Shown: positions 11,695 to 21,504, counted from the first letter of the stretch. The stretch is 64,000 nucleotides of DNA from Marinovum sp. (GCF_034669705.1 NZ_JAXMOR010000002.1:50601-114600), one strand, 5' to 3'. The notes: generated from the letters alone by a model not told the origin. Program-made: numbers and translations.

Positions 11695-12051
11695 CTAGCT
11701 GCAGTAATACTCGTAGAGCAGCCCGATCATCCGCCGAGTGCGCGCGTCGGCCAGCGAATAATGGATCACCTTGCCCTCGCGTCGGGTGACCACCAGCCCC
11801 TCGTCGCGCAGCCGGGCCAGCATCTGGCTGACCGCCGCCTGCCGCATGCCGAGGGTCGTCTCGAGCGCGCCAACCGACATCTCGCCCTGCACCAGATGGC
11901 ACAGGATCATCAGCCGGCCCTCATGCGCCAGCGTCTTGAGATAGCCCGCGGCGGCCTTGGCATTCTCGGCCATGTCGCGCGGTTCGGGATCGGGAGAAGG
12001 GGCGCTCACGAGGCCTGGCTGCTGCTTGTCAGATTGCATCGCAACTGACAT
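11695..12051 (-). CDS. ArsR/SmtB regulator, SqrR/BigR (two-Cys) type
   Basis: LKTLAHEGRLMILCHL, AVSQMLARLR HTH, C-terminal YYCS; start uncertain (12051, 12039 or 11973). Confidence 0.85.
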   Translation of the reverse strand: MSVAMQSDKQQPGLVSAPSPDPEPRDMAENAKAAAGYLKTLAHEGRLMILCHLVQGEMSVGALETTLGMRQAAVSQMLARLRDEGLVVTRREGKVIHYSLADARTRRMIGLLYEYYCS

Positions 12052-12090
12052 ACCACGCCGCCTGACCCAACGGCAATCGGCTTTGCCGGA

Positions 12091-13323
12091 TCAGTCCTGA
12101 CGCACCGGCGCGCCGCCGGCAAAGACGTTGCCCGAGACGTAATCGCAGGGTGCCTCCTGCATCTCGAGGTGCAGCCCCTCGCCCTCGTAGGGATGCGCGC
12201 GGGCCAGCGCCTCGTCGACCTCGATGCCGAGGCCGGGCGCGGTGGGCGGGGTGACAAAGCCGCCCTCCACCTGCAGCGCACCGCCGATCAGGTCGAGGTG
12301 AAAGGGGGTCTCGATGGTCTCGATCATCAGCAGGTTGGGGATCGTCACGGCAAGCTGCACATTGGCCGCCCATTCCACCGGCCCGGCATAGAGATGCGGC
12401 GCCACCTGCGCGTTGAAATGCTCGGCCAGGGCGGCGATCTTGCGGGTCTCCCAGAGCCCGCCGGCGCGGCCCAGCGCCGGTTGCAGGATGCTGGCGCCGC
12501 CGGTCTGCAGGACGGTGCCGAACTCGGCGCGGGTGGTCAGCCGCTCGCCGGTGGCCAGCGGGATGCGCACCGCCTCGGCCACCTTGCGGAACTCGAGCAG
12601 GTTGTCGGGCGGGATCGGCTCTTCGTACCACAGCGGCTGGTAGGCCTCGATCGCCTGCCCCAGCCGGATCGCGCCGCCGGTGCTGAACTGGCCATGGGTG
12701 CCAAAGAGCAGGTCGGCGCGGTCGCCCACCGCCTCGCGGATCGCCTCGCAGAACCGCACTGACAGCGAGATGTCGCTGAGCGCCGGCTGATGCCCGCCGC
12801 GCAGGGTGTAGGGGCCGGCGGGATCGAATTTGACCGCCGTATAGCCCCGCGCCACCAGATCGCGCGCACTGTCCGCCGCCATCTCGGGCGAAACCCAGAA
12901 CTCCGGAAGCTTGTGGTGTTTCAGCGGGTAGAGGTAGGAATAGGCCCGGATGCGTTCGTTCATCATGCCGCCCATCAGCGCCCAGACCGGCCGGTCGCGA
13001 GCCTTGCCGAGGATATCCCAGCAGGCGATCTCGAGGCCGGAGAAGGCGCCCATGACGGTGAGATCGGGGCGCTGGGTAAAGCCCGAGGAATAGGCGCGGC
13101 GGAACATCCGCTCGACGTTCTCCGGGCTGTCGCCGGCCATGTGGCGCTCAAAGACGTCGCGGATCACCGCCTCCATCGCCCGGGGGCCGACCGAGGCGGC
13201 ATAGCATTCGCCCCAGCCGGTGAGGCCGTCATCGGTGGTCAGCTTGACAAGGATCCAGTAGCGCCCGCCCCAGCCCGGGGCCGGCGGAGCGGTGACAATC
13301 ACGTCGAGATCGGCGAGTTTCAT
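12091..13323 (-). CDS. Mandelate racemase/muconate lactonizing enzyme (enolase superfamily)
   Basis: GWGE, EIACWDILGK, AVKFDP, WYEEP, ATGE, APH motifs; start trimmed to MKLADLDV. Confidence 0.9.
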   Translation of the reverse strand: MKLADLDVIVTAPPAPGWGGRYWILVKLTTDDGLTGWGECYAASVGPRAMEAVIRDVFERHMAGDSPENVERMFRRAYSSGFTQRPDLTVMGAFSGLEIACWDILGKARDRPVWALMGGMMNERIRAYSYLYPLKHHKLPEFWVSPEMAADSARDLVARGYTAVKFDPAGPYTLRGGHQPALSDISLSVRFCEAIREAVGDRADLLFGTHGQFSTGGAIRLGQAIEAYQPLWYEEPIPPDNLLEFRKVAEAVRIPLATGERLTTRAEFGTVLQTGGASILQPALGRAGGLWETRKIAALAEHFNAQVAPHLYAGPVEWAANVQLAVTIPNLLMIETIETPFHLDLIGGALQVEGGFVTPPTAPGLGIEVDEALARAHPYEGEGLHLEMQEAPCDYVSGNVFAGGAPVRQD

Positions 13324-13350
13324 GGCAGGCTTTCTGTTCGGGGATCGGTC

Positions 13351-13779
13351 ATGCAGGTTCGTATTCTTGGCGCGCAAGATATCGCGCTGTTGGAGAATGT
13401 CACCCCGGGGCTCTTCGATCATGCGCTGCGCCCCGATCAGGCACGCGCCTTTCTGATGAGCCCGTTGCAGGCGATGGCCGTGGCGACAGAGGCTGGCGAT
13501 CTGGTGTCATTTGCCTCCGGCACGGTGCTGTTGCATCCCGACAAGCGGCCGGGGTTCTTTGTCAACGAGGTCGGCACCCGCGAGAGCCACCGTCGCCGGG
13601 GCCTGGGACGGGCAGTGACCGAGGCGCTGTTCGCCCATGTGCGCGCGATCGGCTGCGCCGGCATCTGGCTCGGCACCGAGCCCGACAACACAGCGGCGCT
13701 GGCGCTCTACCGGTCGCTTGGCGGTGACGAACAGCGGTTTGTCGGCTTTGGCTGGGATGGCGCTTTCGACCTGGAATGA
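13351..13779 (+). CDS. GNAT acetyltransferase
   Basis: 3' part of ORF 12790-13779: HPDK, EVGTRESHRRRGLG (AcCoA motif A), N-x-x-A-x-x-LY. Confidence 0.85.
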   Translation: MQVRILGAQDIALLENVTPGLFDHALRPDQARAFLMSPLQAMAVATEAGDLVSFASGTVLLHPDKRPGFFVNEVGTRESHRRRGLGRAVTEALFAHVRAIGCAGIWLGTEPDNTAALALYRSLGGDEQRFVGFGWDGAFDLE

Positions 13780-13784
13780 TTCCC

Positions 13785-14879
13785 TCACGCCGGGCGGTCG
13801 AAGACGATGACATTGCGCCGGGCGGCGCCGGACTTGGTGTCGGCGATGGCCTCGTTGATCTGGTCCAGCCGCCAGCGGCCCGAGACCAGCTCATCGAGCT
13901 TCAGCCGGCCCTGACGGTAGAGATCGGCCATCCAGGGGATGTCGCGGGCAATCACCACGTCGCCCATCTTGGAGCCGACCATCGACGAGCCCATGAAGGC
14001 ATTCACCACCGGCTCGTATTGCGCCATGGCGCCGCTGTGCGGCATGCCTACCATGACCATCCGCCCGCCCCAGCCGAGATAGCGCTGCGCGTCGTCATAG
14101 GCGCGGATCGCGCCGACCGTCACCGCCACCACATCGGCCCCGCGTCCGTCAAGCAGCGTCATCGCCTCTTGCCACGGTGCCTCGCCAGTGGCCAGAATCC
14201 CATGTGTGGCTCCAAAGTCGCGCGCCATAGCGAGCTTTTGCTCGCTCATGTCGACGGCGATGATCCGCCGCGCGCCGGCGATCCGCGCGCCCTGGATGGC
14301 GTTGAGCCCGACGCCGCCGGCACCGATCACCACCACGTCCTCGCCGGGGCGCAGCCGGCCGGCGTTGATCACCGCGCCGACGCCGGTGATGACGCCGCAG
14401 GCCAGCAGCGCCGCGCTCTCGGCCGGCAGGTCCTGGGGCAGTTTCACCACCTGATTGGCACCGACCACGACCCGTTCGGCGAAGGCGCCGCAGTTCATCG
14501 CCGCGCCCACGACAGCGCCCTCGCCGTCGGTGAGCTTCGGCGGCTCGATGGTGGGCGTCTCGCAGATCGTCGGCTTGCCGGAGCCGCAGCTCGGACAGCT
14601 GCCGCAGGGCTTGATCAGGGTGACGACCACGAAGTCGCCCGCGGCCAGCCCGGTCACCCCGGCGCCGAGCGCGGTCACCCGTCCCGCCGCCTCATGGCCA
14701 TAGACCGCCGGCAGCGTGCCGCCCCAGCCGCCCTCGGCAAAGGAGATGTCGGAATGGCAGATCGCCACGGCATCGAGCGTGACCTCGATCTCGCCGGCCC
14801 CGGGATCGCGCAGCGTGACCTCCTCAATCGCCAGCGGCGCGCCGAAGGCCCTGAGCACGGCAGCTTGGATTTGCGGCAT
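13785..14879 (-). CDS. Zn-dependent alcohol dehydrogenase (MDR)
   Basis: CHSD, GHE, structural CxxCxxC...C, GAGGVG Rossmann motif; GGGAGG RBS. Confidence 0.9.
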   Translation of the reverse strand: MPQIQAAVLRAFGAPLAIEEVTLRDPGAGEIEVTLDAVAICHSDISFAEGGWGGTLPAVYGHEAAGRVTALGAGVTGLAAGDFVVVTLIKPCGSCPSCGSGKPTICETPTIEPPKLTDGEGAVVGAAMNCGAFAERVVVGANQVVKLPQDLPAESAALLACGVITGVGAVINAGRLRPGEDVVVIGAGGVGLNAIQGARIAGARRIIAVDMSEQKLAMARDFGATHGILATGEAPWQEAMTLLDGRGADVVAVTVGAIRAYDDAQRYLGWGGRMVMVGMPHSGAMAQYEPVVNAFMGSSMVGSKMGDVVIARDIPWMADLYRQGRLKLDELVSGRWRLDQINEAIADTKSGAARRNVIVFDRPA

Positions 14880-15030
14880 GGTGTCCCTCCCTGTGAAGGC
14901 TCCACCCAATCAAACGGCGGGCGGCGAGAAAAGCCGGAAAGTCACGTCAGACGATTGATGACGCAAGGTCATGTCACGCCCTGCACAGAAGGGAGGCCGC
15001 GCGAAATACGATGCATTACTCACCTTCCAA

Positions 15031-15822
15031 TCAGACATGGCCGATCTCCCTCAGAAACCCCGACAGCAGCGCCGCATAGGCCTCTGGCCGTTCCACCGGC
15101 GCCATGTGTCCGGCGCGGCGCAGCAACGCGAAGCGGGCGCCAGGAATCAGCTCGACGGTTTCCCGCACCAGATCGGCCGGGGTGGAGCCGTCCTCGCTGG
15201 CGGCGATGCCGAGGCAGGGCAGGCGCAGCCCCGAGGTGGGGGTATAGAAATCCGTGCCAGAGATCGCGGCGCAGCAGCCGGCATAGCCTTCGCCCGGCTG
15301 GCGTTCGACCATGCTGCGGATCGCCTGCGCCGGCGGGCTGTCGCGGAAGGCCCTGGTGAACCAGCGCGGCATCAGCGTATCGGTCAGCGCCGCCGGCCCC
15401 CCTGCCCCGACCGCATCGATCCGCTGCTGCCACTGGGCGGCGGTGCCAATTCGGGCGGCGGTGTTTGACAGCACCACGGCGCGCAGCAGGTCGAGCCGCT
15501 TGACCGCCAGCCCCTGAGCCACCATGCCGCCCAGCGACAGCCCGACAAAGACCGCCTCGCGCACCTGCAGCGCATCGAGCAGCGCCTCGGCGTCGCGCAC
15601 CAGGGTGCCCATCGCATAGGGCCCTGGCGGACAGTCCGAAAGGCCATGGCCGCGGGTATCGTAGCGGATCAACCGCAGGCCGGGCGGCAGATGCGGCAGC
15701 ACCGCGTCCCAGATCCGCATGTCGCAGCCCAGGGCGTTGCCGAAGACCACCGGCGGGGCGTCCTTGGGGCCTGCGTCATCGATGTGCAGGCGGATGCCGT
15801 TGGCGGTGATGAACTGGGGCAT
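15031..15822 (-). CDS. pcaD: 3-oxoadipate enol-lactonase-like alpha/beta hydrolase
   Basis: FGNALG, YDTRGHG, GLSLGG nucleophile, DFY...LRLP, GH motifs. Confidence 0.8.
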   Translation of the reverse strand: MPQFITANGIRLHIDDAGPKDAPPVVFGNALGCDMRIWDAVLPHLPPGLRLIRYDTRGHGLSDCPPGPYAMGTLVRDAEALLDALQVREAVFVGLSLGGMVAQGLAVKRLDLLRAVVLSNTAARIGTAAQWQQRIDAVGAGGPAALTDTLMPRWFTRAFRDSPPAQAIRSMVERQPGEGYAGCCAAISGTDFYTPTSGLRLPCLGIAASEDGSTPADLVRETVELIPGARFALLRRAGHMAPVERPEAYAALLSGFLREIGHV

Positions 15823-15869
15823 GGCGGGGGGTCCTTTTGCGGGCGGCGGCGGGTGTGGTGGATGTCGGA

Positions 15870-15932
15870 GCGGGGGTTTTGCACCCCCGCACCCCCGCAG
15901 AGGTTTGTTTGGCAAGATGAACGGGGGAGCGG
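15870..15932 (+). repeat. Repeat family B copy
   Basis: GCGGGGG...CCCCCGC hairpin, then CCCCCGCAGAGGTTTGTTTGGCAAGATGAACGGGGGAGCGG, matching the copies at 8881 and 8995. Confidence 0.8.
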
Positions 15933-15936
15933 TGGA

Positions 15937-17142
15937 TCAGTCCTGGGTCAGGCGCATATGGGCGATGATCTGGCCGTGGTCCGAGGCGAGCTTGTTGTAG
16001 GGCGCCTCGGGGTGGCTGCCGTCGGTCAGGTGGTCGTTGAGCACGCTGAAATACGCCATCTCGCCGATGCGGTTGCCGTAGTCGGGATGGAAGTGGCGCG
16101 AGAGGTAAATCTGGTCGATGCTCTCGAAGGTGCCGCCGAAGGAAGTGGTATAAACCATGTCGCGCAGGGACTTGCGGACGAAGAGCTTTTCGGCCGAATG
16201 CAGGCGCACCCGTTCGACATCCTCGGTGATGCGGCGGGCCTCTGTCTCGCTGTAGCGGTCGGCGCGGTGCTGCGCGTCGTGGCGCAGCATCCAGGCGTAG
16301 TTGCGGAACGGCACCTCGCCCGAGACGATCTCGGAGCTGACCGCATGTTCGCCATCATTGAGATCCCCCAGCGCGATCACCGGGTGGCCGGCGTCAAGCT
16401 CGGCCAGGATCTCGCGGCGCAGCACCCAGGCCTCGGCCATGCGGCGGGTGGCGGCGCGCAGGCTGCCCATGACCCGGCCGAGCGGGTCGTATCGGGTGAG
16501 GTCCTGCTCGGGGGCGAAGGCCGCGCCCGCCGGGGGGATGTATTCGCCGAGCTTGGACTTCAGGTGGCAGTTGAATACGGTGACCACATGGCCGCCCACC
16601 GGGATGCGCGCCTTGAGGATCGGGCGCGACAGCCGGCGCAGGGTGAAGTGACCGCTGTCGCTGCCCTCGAGACCGCGCAGCGGGCTGAAGGGGATGGTCA
16701 GCGGCGTCTCGAGGTCCTGGATCACCTCGGGGTCTTCGGCAAAGCCCCTGCGCGACAGGATGGCCACGCCGGGGCGACGTTCGCCCGGCACCCCCGCGTC
16801 GGCGGCATTGGCGGCAAAGGCCAGCGAGGCGTCCTCGTAGGTGCGATAGGCCAGCTTGCGGAAGATCGCCTTGCGGTGATAGCGCCGCGAGGCATCCGGG
16901 ATCGCGGCGGCATTGAGTGCCGCGCCGCGGGCGTCGGCCTCTTCGATCACCGCGGTCAGCGCCTCTTCTTCGAAGATCTCCTGGAAGCCCACGATATCGG
17001 CGTCCATGGTCAGCAGCTGGTCGGCCAGCCAGTCGGTCTTCCAGGCGTATTCCTCGGGGGTGTAGCTCTGGTAGCGGTAGTATTCGCGGTCCGGCCCGAT
17101 CAGGTTCTTGACGTTGAACGAGGCAATCGTGAAGTCGGTCAT
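15937..17142 (-). CDS. Endonuclease/exonuclease/phosphatase (EEP) family protein
   Basis: ASFNV, GFQE, HLKS, LGDLND, IDQI, SDH motifs. Confidence 0.85.
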   Translation of the reverse strand: MTDFTIASFNVKNLIGPDREYYRYQSYTPEEYAWKTDWLADQLLTMDADIVGFQEIFEEEALTAVIEEADARGAALNAAAIPDASRRYHRKAIFRKLAYRTYEDASLAFAANAADAGVPGERRPGVAILSRRGFAEDPEVIQDLETPLTIPFSPLRGLEGSDSGHFTLRRLSRPILKARIPVGGHVVTVFNCHLKSKLGEYIPPAGAAFAPEQDLTRYDPLGRVMGSLRAATRRMAEAWVLRREILAELDAGHPVIALGDLNDGEHAVSSEIVSGEVPFRNYAWMLRHDAQHRADRYSETEARRITEDVERVRLHSAEKLFVRKSLRDMVYTTSFGGTFESIDQIYLSRHFHPDYGNRIGEMAYFSVLNDHLTDGSHPEAPYNKLASDHGQIIAHMRLTQD

Positions 17143-17229
17143 CGCGCGCTCCCCCTTGGCTGCGGCATCGAGGGAAGCACCCGCCGGGCCGGCACGCAAG
17201 CCCGATTTCATCGGCCGCGCGCGTGGCCC

Positions 17230-18204
17230 TCAGTCGGGGCCACGGGCCAGGGCCCTGGCAAAGACCTCGGCGTCAACATTGCCGCCGGAGATGGTGCAGA
17301 TCACCGTGTCACACTCCAGCTCAGCGCCGTGAAACAGCGCCGCCGCCAGCGCCACCGCGCCGCCGGGTTCGGCCACCAGCTTAAGATGGGCGAAGGCCAG
17401 CGCCATGGCGCGCAGGGCCTCGTCGTCACTGACCACCACGCCGGGGCCGCAGAGCCGGTGCAGGATCGGAAAGGTCAGCGCGCCCGGGCTGGGGGTCAGG
17501 ATCGCATCGCAGAGCCCGCCGGCCTCGGTGGCATTGCGCTCGCGTTGGCCGGAGCGCAGCGAGCGGGTGGTATCGTCATAGCCCTCGGGCTCGACCGGGC
17601 GGGCGCGCATGGCGGGCGCATGGGCCTCGAGCGCCAGGGCGATGCCCGAGGTCAGCCCGCCGCCGCCGCAGCAGGTCAGCACCTCGGCCCGGGTGATGCC
17701 GAGCGCGGCCGCCTGTTCGGCGATCTCCAGCCCGCAGGTGCCCTGCCCGGCAATCACCTCCGGATCGTCGAAGGGGCGGATCAGGGTCAGGCCGCGCTCG
17801 GCCGAGAGCCGGTCGCCCAGAGCGTCGCGATCGTCGACGCCGCGGTCGTAGAGCACCACCTCGGCGCCATAGGCGCGGGTGTTGGCGATCTTCATCGCCG
17901 GAGCGTCGGAGGGCATGATGATCACTGCTGGCACGCCGAAGCGCCGGGCGGCCAGCGCCACGCCCTGGGCGTGGTTGCCGGAGGAAAAGGCGATGACGCC
18001 GCGGGCGCGCACGTCCTCCGGCAGGGCCGAGACCGCCGACATGCCACCGCGGAACTTGAAGCTGCCGGTGAGCTGCAGGCACTCCGGTTTCACCAGAACG
18101 CGGCGGCCGGCGATCTCGTCGAGCAGCGGCGCCGAGAGCAGCGGGGTGCGACGGACGGCGCTCTTGATGCGGTCACGGGCGGCTTCGATGCGGTCGATGT
18201 TCAT
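17230..18204 (-). CDS. PLP-dependent threonine/serine dehydratase family protein
   Basis: SFKFRG (PLP Lys), SSGNH, GGGGL, SGGN motifs. Confidence 0.9.
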   Translation of the reverse strand: MNIDRIEAARDRIKSAVRRTPLLSAPLLDEIAGRRVLVKPECLQLTGSFKFRGGMSAVSALPEDVRARGVIAFSSGNHAQGVALAARRFGVPAVIIMPSDAPAMKIANTRAYGAEVVLYDRGVDDRDALGDRLSAERGLTLIRPFDDPEVIAGQGTCGLEIAEQAAALGITRAEVLTCCGGGGLTSGIALALEAHAPAMRARPVEPEGYDDTTRSLRSGQRERNATEAGGLCDAILTPSPGALTFPILHRLCGPGVVVSDDEALRAMALAFAHLKLVAEPGGAVALAAALFHGAELECDTVICTISGGNVDAEVFARALARGPD

Positions 18205-19025
18205 GTCAGCTCCTTCAGCCAGGCGGTCAGCGCCGAGAGCGCCTCGGGTTCGTCGAGAAAGGGCACATGGCCGCGGTCTGGCACCACCGCGACATGGGCA
18301 TCGGGGCGGCGGGCCTGCATCTCGGCCAGGGTGTCTGGCGAGAGCAGGTCGGAATTGGCACCACGAATGATGGCCAGAGGCTTGCCGGCCAGCGCATCGA
18401 ACATCGGCCAGAGGTCGGGCACCGGCTGGGCTCCGGCGGCGATCACCGCATCGCGCAGCTTCGGGTCATAGGTGAGCGCGAGGCCCGCGTCGGTCTGGTC
18501 GAAGAACTTCTCGACCTCGGCGCGCCAGCGGCTGGCGGGCACGTTGGCAAAGCCCTTCATCACCGCCGGACGGGCGGCTGCGGCCTGGTCGTAGCTTGTC
18601 CACACCGGGGGCTTGCCGAGGTAGCCCATGATCACCTCGAGCCCGCCCGGAGCGATCACCGGGCCGATGTCGTTGAGCGCCACGCCGCACAGCACGGCCG
18701 GTGCGCCCATCGCCAGCCCCATCGCCACCAGCCCGCCGCGAGAGGTGCCGAGCACGGCAACCTGTGCCAGACCCAGATGCGCCAGCAGTTCCAGCACGTC
18801 CTGCGCCTCGCGCGGGATGGTGTAGCTGAGCGGGTCGGGCGCGAAATCGGATTTGCCGCGGCCGCGATAGTCGAGGCGGATCACCCGGCAGCCGGTCAGA
18901 TGCGGCAGCAGATAGTCGAAATCGCGGCTGTCGCGGGTCAGGCCCGAAAGGCAGAGCAGCGGCAGGCCATCGCCCTGGTCGTCGTAGTAGAGCGACAGCC
19001 CGTCGGAAGTGGTGAACCGCGCCAT
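18201..19025 (-). CDS. Alpha/beta hydrolase
   Basis: DYRGRG, GTSRGG nucleophile, GH; coupled to the dehydratase (ATGA overlap). Confidence 0.88.
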   Translation of the reverse strand: MARFTTSDGLSLYYDDQGDGLPLLCLSGLTRDSRDFDYLLPHLTGCRVIRLDYRGRGKSDFAPDPLSYTIPREAQDVLELLAHLGLAQVAVLGTSRGGLVAMGLAMGAPAVLCGVALNDIGPVIAPGGLEVIMGYLGKPPVWTSYDQAAAARPAVMKGFANVPASRWRAEVEKFFDQTDAGLALTYDPKLRDAVIAAGAQPVPDLWPMFDALAGKPLAIIRGANSDLLSPDTLAEMQARRPDAHVAVVPDRGHVPFLDEPEALSALTAWLKELT

Positions 19026-19026
19026 C

Positions 19027-19713
19027 TCAGGCGCCTGCGAGGTCTGGGATGCGGGTCAGGTCGGACAGCACCTCGCCGGGGCGGCCCGGCAGACGGTCCA
19101 TCGGTTCGCCGGCGCGGTTGACCCAGACGGTGCGGAAGCCATAGGCCGAGGCACCGGCCGCATCCCAGCCGTTCGACGAGACGAAGAGCACCTGGTCGGG
19201 GCGGCAGTCAAACCGCGCGCCGACCATGTCATAGACCTGCCGCGCCGGCTTGAAGATGCCGACGCTCTCCACCGAAAGCACGTCGTCGAGCAGCGCCTCG
19301 AGCCCGGCGCTGCCCACTGCGCCATTGAGCATGTCTGGCGAGCCGTTCGACAGGATCGCGGTGTTCAGCCCGGCGGATTTCAGCGCCGCCAGCATCTCTG
19401 GCACCTCCGGGTAGGCCTGCAATTCCCAGTAGAGCGCCAGCAGCCGCTCGCGCAGTTCGGCATCGCCGTCGAGCCCCTGTTGCTCCAGCGCCCAGTCGAG
19501 GCCCTCCTGCGTGACTTGCCAGAAATCGCAGTGATCGCCGGTGATCGCCCGCAGCCAGGTGTATTGCAGCTGCTTGGCCCGCCAGTCGGCGGCCAGTGCC
19601 GGCCATTTTCCCGCCCAGTGGTCCTGCCCCGGCGCCTCGGCGGCCAGGCGGGCAGCGGCGGCGACGTCGAACAGCGTGCCATAGGCATCGAAGATGCAGG
19701 TGGTGATGGTCAT
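19027..19713 (-). CDS. Haloacid dehalogenase type II
   Basis: DAYGTLFDV, WRAKQLQY, LSNG, FKP, SSNGWD motifs. Confidence 0.9.
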   Translation of the reverse strand: MTITTCIFDAYGTLFDVAAAARLAAEAPGQDHWAGKWPALAADWRAKQLQYTWLRAITGDHCDFWQVTQEGLDWALEQQGLDGDAELRERLLALYWELQAYPEVPEMLAALKSAGLNTAILSNGSPDMLNGAVGSAGLEALLDDVLSVESVGIFKPARQVYDMVGARFDCRPDQVLFVSSNGWDAAGASAYGFRTVWVNRAGEPMDRLPGRPGEVLSDLTRIPDLAGA

Positions 19714-19805
19714 GGGCGTGGCCTTTGGTCATGTCGGTCGCCGCCATCATGCCGATGGGCGCGGCAATTGCCAGCCCTCCCGTGTCACAGCCGGTGGGGG
19801 CGATT

Positions 19806-21212
19806 TCAGCTTGGCAGGCTGAAATGCTCGTCAGGCACCCGGATCGACCATGTCACGCCGTCGCGGCCGATGTCGTATGCGCTTTGCGCCGCCAGCATCG
19901 AGGGCGCCAGCGTGGTCAGCACGGTGCTGCCGAAGCCCTTGGCGGCGGGCGCCACCGGGGCCATCGGCACGCCGGTCTCGTCCCAGCAGAGGTGCAGCCT
20001 GGCATCCGCGCCGGCTTCCAGCGACCAGCGGATGCCGATCCGGCCATGGCCGTCGCGCAGGGCGCCGTGCTTGACCGAATTGGTCGCCAGCTCGTGCAGC
20101 GCCATGCCGATGGTCTGGACGCATTGCGGCCGCAGGTCGATGTCGGGGCCGATACGCTCGATCCGGCCGTCGCCCAGCTCGATGAAGGGTTCGAGATGGC
20201 GGTCGATCAGCTGGCTGAGCGAGACCGTGGTCCAATTGCTCTGCACCAGCAGGTCGGTGCTTTGCGACAGCGAGCGCAGCCGCGCCTCGAAGGCGGTGTT
20301 GAATTCCTCGAGTGAGCCGGCCCGCCGCGCGGTCTGGCGCTGGATTGCCATGACGATGCTCAGCATGTTCTTGGCGCGGTGGATCACCTCGCCGGCAATT
20401 ACCTCGCGGGCCTTTTCGGCGCGGCGGATCTCGGTGACGTCGCGGTGGATGTTGGAGATCGCCACCACCTCGCCCTCGGGGCTGCGGATTGGCGCACAGG
20501 CAATCCAGACCTCGTGCACGGTGCCATCCTTGGCCACCCGCGGCGCCTCGAACCGCTCGAGCCGCCCGGCGATGATCTCGTCGCGGTACTGGCTCACCGG
20601 CTTGGGCCAGCCCTCGGGATAGATCAGCTCGAGCGGGCGGCCCACCGCCTCGTCGGCGCGGTAGCCATAGAGCCGCTCGGCCGAGGGGTTCCATGTGATG
20701 ATCCGCCCCCGCAGGTCATAGCTGATGATCGCGTCGTTCGAGGTGGCGATCAGCGCGGTCATCGCGCTGGCCTTGATGAAGGCCTCCTCGACCTCGCGCT
20801 GCTCGCTCTTGCGGGTGGTGATGTTGCGGTGCTGAACGATGAGATAGACCGCGCCGTCATGTTGCAGCCGGTTGGCCGTCAGCTCGAACCAGCGTTTCAG
20901 CGTCGGGCTGTCGCAGGGGTATTCGCAGCGGAACGGTTGGCCGTTGATCAGCACCTTCTGCAACCCTGTCGCGATCAGCCGCGCCTCGGCGCTCGAGTCG
21001 CCTTCGGCGGTGTTGCAGGTCTGGAAATAGCTCTGGCCGAGATAGCAGGTGTCTTCGTCGCCGCCGTTCTCGATGCAGAACCGCCGCCAGGCCGCGTTGA
21101 CCGCGACGATCCGGCCGGTGGCATCCAGCATCACGACCTCGTCATGCATCGCCTCGAGCAGGTCAAGGGCACCAAGCCCGGCAAGCGCCCCGGGGTCGAA
21201 ATTCAGTGCCAA
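19806..21212 (-). CDS. PAS-PAS HWE histidine kinase
   Basis: Two PAS segments (VNAAW, WNPSAE), H-box HRAKN, ELATNSVKHG, W-x-E motif; no receiver domain. Confidence 0.88.
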   Translation of the reverse strand: MALNFDPGALAGLGALDLLEAMHDEVVMLDATGRIVAVNAAWRRFCIENGGDEDTCYLGQSYFQTCNTAEGDSSAEARLIATGLQKVLINGQPFRCEYPCDSPTLKRWFELTANRLQHDGAVYLIVQHRNITTRKSEQREVEEAFIKASAMTALIATSNDAIISYDLRGRIITWNPSAERLYGYRADEAVGRPLELIYPEGWPKPVSQYRDEIIAGRLERFEAPRVAKDGTVHEVWIACAPIRSPEGEVVAISNIHRDVTEIRRAEKAREVIAGEVIHRAKNMLSIVMAIQRQTARRAGSLEEFNTAFEARLRSLSQSTDLLVQSNWTTVSLSQLIDRHLEPFIELGDGRIERIGPDIDLRPQCVQTIGMALHELATNSVKHGALRDGHGRIGIRWSLEAGADARLHLCWDETGVPMAPVAPAAKGFGSTVLTTLAPSMLAAQSAYDIGRDGVTWSIRVPDEHFSLPS

Positions 21213-21504
21213 GCAACCGTCTCCGTCCTATGCGTTTTTTTCGCCGTCTTTCGAAACGGGAAACCGAACCGCAAGGCAGACTGCTTCAATTGTATAGTAA
21301 AGCGCCCCACCGCGCCAGATTCAGTTTATCCCCGCGCGAAACCCCGCCGCGGCCGGGAACAATCGGCGCGCTTGAGGCTTTAGGCGGACAGGACGCGTGA
21401 TTTGCCAATCAGGGCGCAGATCGTTACTGTGGCGCGTCATAAACCCGGAGCACCCGTCAGAGCGGCGGCCTCCCCCTCTCATTCCCCCCAGTTTTGGAGC
21501 TTTC

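Noticed and set aside
15646-18471. 941-aa plus-strand ORF and similar long shadows (30866-32803, 33802-35202, 37837-40002, 57377-58996, 59197-60588)
   Set aside because: They lie antisense to well-supported genes, have no motifs and are Arg/Gly/Ala-rich, as expected for stop-poor frames in high-GC DNA.
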